Origin: a virus
Lineage: Duplodnaviria > Heunggongvirae > Uroviricota > Caudoviricetes
Direction: 5' to 3' (one strand)
Virus record (IMG/VR): IMGVR_UViG_2537561605_000013
DNA: 7,280 nt
Shown here: one piece after another, positions 5,634 through 7,280 of the stretch
How positions within the stretch are numbered: the first letter of the stretch is position 1
How the letters are laid out: every line of letters begins with the position of its first letter
The notes under the pieces: generated by a model
What the model was told of the DNA's origin: nothing
The model's database searches: none
The model's input: only the letters and a program-made list of their open reading frames with translations
Program-made: the position numbers and the translations under genes

Positions 5634-6476
5634 ATGAATAATCTGATGGTCATTGATGGTATTGAAGTTCGTCGTGATGCTTATGGGCGTTACAGCCTGA
5701 ACGATCTGCATCGCGCAGCAGTAGCATCTGGTGCAAATGCCAGAACCAAGGAGCCGGGAAAGTTTCTTTCCAGCCAACAGATTACTGAGCTGGTTCAGGA
5801 ATTGATCGATACCCAAAATCTGGGTGTCGGTTCATTCAATGAAACTACCCAAAATTTGGGTAGTAAACCTGTCAGTAAAATAGAAGGGCGGAATGGCGGA
5901 ACATATGTCTGTAAGGAACTGGTGTATGCCTATGCAATGTGGATCAGCCCGTCATTCCATCTGAAGGTGATCCGCACTTTCGACATGGTAACCAGCGCAC
6001 CGGAAAAATTATCCGGGCAGGCTGCTGACAAGATGCAGGCTGGCGTGATTCTGCTGGACTTTATGCGCCGGGAGTTAAATCTGTCTAACTCATCAGTGCT
6101 TGGTGCCTGTCAGAAACTCCAGGAGGCTGTTGGCTTACCGAATCTGGCACCGCGCTATGCCATTGATGCTCCTGCTGACGCGCCTGATGGCTCAAGCCGC
6201 CCCACGCTATCATTGAGTGCACTGCTGAAGCAGTATGGTATCCGCCTGACAGCTAATCAGGCATATCACCAGATGGCGAAGCTGGGGATCGTTGAACAAC
6301 GTGAACGATACAGCCGCACTGCGATTAACAACATCAAAAAATTCTGGTCGCTGACAGCGAAAGGCTGCATGTTCGGCAAGAACATCACCAGTCCCGCAAA
6401 TCCGCGCGAGACGCAGCCGCATTTCTTCGAATCCCGATTCCCTGAGCTGTTAAAGCTGCTCGATACCGTTCATTGA
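5634..6476 (+). CDS. KilA-N domain protein (antirepressor-like)
   Basis: 280-aa ORF with RBS AAGAGGAG (5617-5624). The N-terminal ~110 aa (MVIDGIEVRRDAYGRYSLNDLHRAA...TYVCKELVYAYAMWISPSFHLKVIRTFD) resemble a KilA-N domain. The C-terminal domain is unassigned. Confidence 0.8.
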   Translation: MNNLMVIDGIEVRRDAYGRYSLNDLHRAAVASGANARTKEPGKFLSSQQITELVQELIDTQNLGVGSFNETTQNLGSKPVSKIEGRNGGTYVCKELVYAYAMWISPSFHLKVIRTFDMVTSAPEKLSGQAADKMQAGVILLDFMRRELNLSNSSVLGACQKLQEAVGLPNLAPRYAIDAPADAPDGSSRPTLSLSALLKQYGIRLTANQAYHQMAKLGIVEQRERYSRTAINNIKKFWSLTAKGCMFGKNITSPANPRETQPHFFESRFPELLKLLDTVH

Positions 6477-6483
6477 GGTGACC

Positions 6484-7280
6484 GTGAGAGCACTACTGAC
6501 TCCTGAAATTGCCCCGCGTATGGGGATCGTATTGTTCAGGCCAGGTTCAGAGCTGATGCCCCTGTTTATGCAGGGGCGTGTCCTGCTGGAGCCTGAGCCG
6601 GAACGTTATTCATCTTTCGCCAGTGGTGCCGTTCCGGCGGCATCACAACCGCTGGCGGATGATCCTGCCGTTCGGGCCGTGTTCCGCAATGAGGCAGTGA
6701 TCCGTCGTGCTGGTGGCGTGGAATGTCTTGAAAGCTGGTTACTTCGTGAAAAAGGCTGCCAGTGGCCTCATTCCGACTGGCACAGCGAGAACATGACCAC
6801 AATGCGACACGCTCCGGGCGCAATCCGTCTGTGCTGGCACTGCGATAACCAGCTGCGCGATCAGTTCACGGAACGGCTGGAATCAATGGCAACGGATAAC
6901 TGTGCCCGCTGGGTGTTGTCTGTTGTGCGTCGGGATCTCGGTTTTGATGACAGTCACGTTGTGACAATGCCGGAACTGTGCTGGTGGCTGATTCGTAATG
7001 ACCTGGCGGATGCCTTACCGGAAAGTGCAGCCCGTAAGGCACTTAGATTACCAAAGCCTGTTGTGCCGTCTGTTACCCGGGAAAGTGACCTTGTGCCTTC
7101 GGTTCCTGCCACCAGCATCATCCAGGATAAAGCGAAAAAGGTGCTGGCGCTGAAAGTGGATCCTGAGTCGCCGGAGTCTTTTATGTTACGCCCAAAACGT
7201 CGCCGCTGGGTTAATGAAAAGTACACGCGCTGGGTTAAGACACAGCCGTGTGCATGTTGTGGAAAGCCCGCTGATGATCC
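6484..7280 (+). CDS. Phage protein with Cys-rich motifs, possibly DUF968/HNH-like; 3' end lies outside the window
   Basis: The frame is open from GTG 6484 (GAGG at 6475-6478) or ATG 6520 to the window end. It contains CWHCDNQLRDQ and a terminal QPCACCGKPADD motif suggesting a zinc-binding or HNH-like domain. Family call is tentative. Confidence 0.7.
   Translation, partial: MRALLTPEIAPRMGIVLFRPGSELMPLFMQGRVLLEPEPERYSSFASGAVPAASQPLADDPAVRAVFRNEAVIRRAGGVECLESWLLREKGCQWPHSDWHSENMTTMRHAPGAIRLCWHCDNQLRDQFTERLESMATDNCARWVLSVVRRDLGFDDSHVVTMPELCWWLIRNDLADALPESAARKALRLPKPVVPSVTRESDLVPSVPATSIIQDKAKKVLALKVDPESPESFMLRPKRRRWVNEKYTRWVKTQPCACCGKPADD

Noticed and set aside
5015-5816. Minus-strand ORFs 5015-5197, 5145-5453, 5201-5488 and 5577-5816
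   Set aside because: Antisense to the LexA-DBD, rusA and KilA-N genes, which have recognisable domains on the plus strand.
6210-7226. Minus-strand ORFs 6210-6422, 6566-6823 and 6954-7226
   Set aside because: Antisense to the KilA-N gene and the long open plus-strand frame at 6484-7280. Products are Arg/His/Pro-rich.

Overview
This window reads as the immunity, replication and early 'nin-like' region of a lambdoid prophage from an enterobacterial-type genome (inference from gene content and order; no database search was possible). The left edge carries the 3' end of an IS3-family transposase gene, which appears to have truncated the prophage's leftward (pL) arm. Rightward from there: a cI-type repressor with an S24 peptidase domain (minus strand), a divergent operator/promoter region, then a tightly coupled plus-strand gene string of Cro-like, CII-like (Phage_CP76-like), small ORFs of uncertain frame, a lambda-O-like replication initiator containing iterons, a PerC-like regulator, a phage Dam-type adenine methyltransferase, a LexA N-terminal-domain-only protein, a frameshifted RusA resolvase, a KilA-N protein, and a 3'-truncated Cys-rich protein. 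The repressor's operators follow a TTGC-N7-GCAA pattern that recurs at a putative OL/pL about 750 bp to the left. I saw no tRNA, rRNA or CRISPR array. I do not see a clearly novel multi-gene system; the most notable items are the LexA-DBD-only gene, the ORF-poor structured interval downstream of pL, a frame conflict in the small ORFs at 2471-2829, and the rusA frameshift. All family assignments rest on motif recognition by eye and need homology searches.
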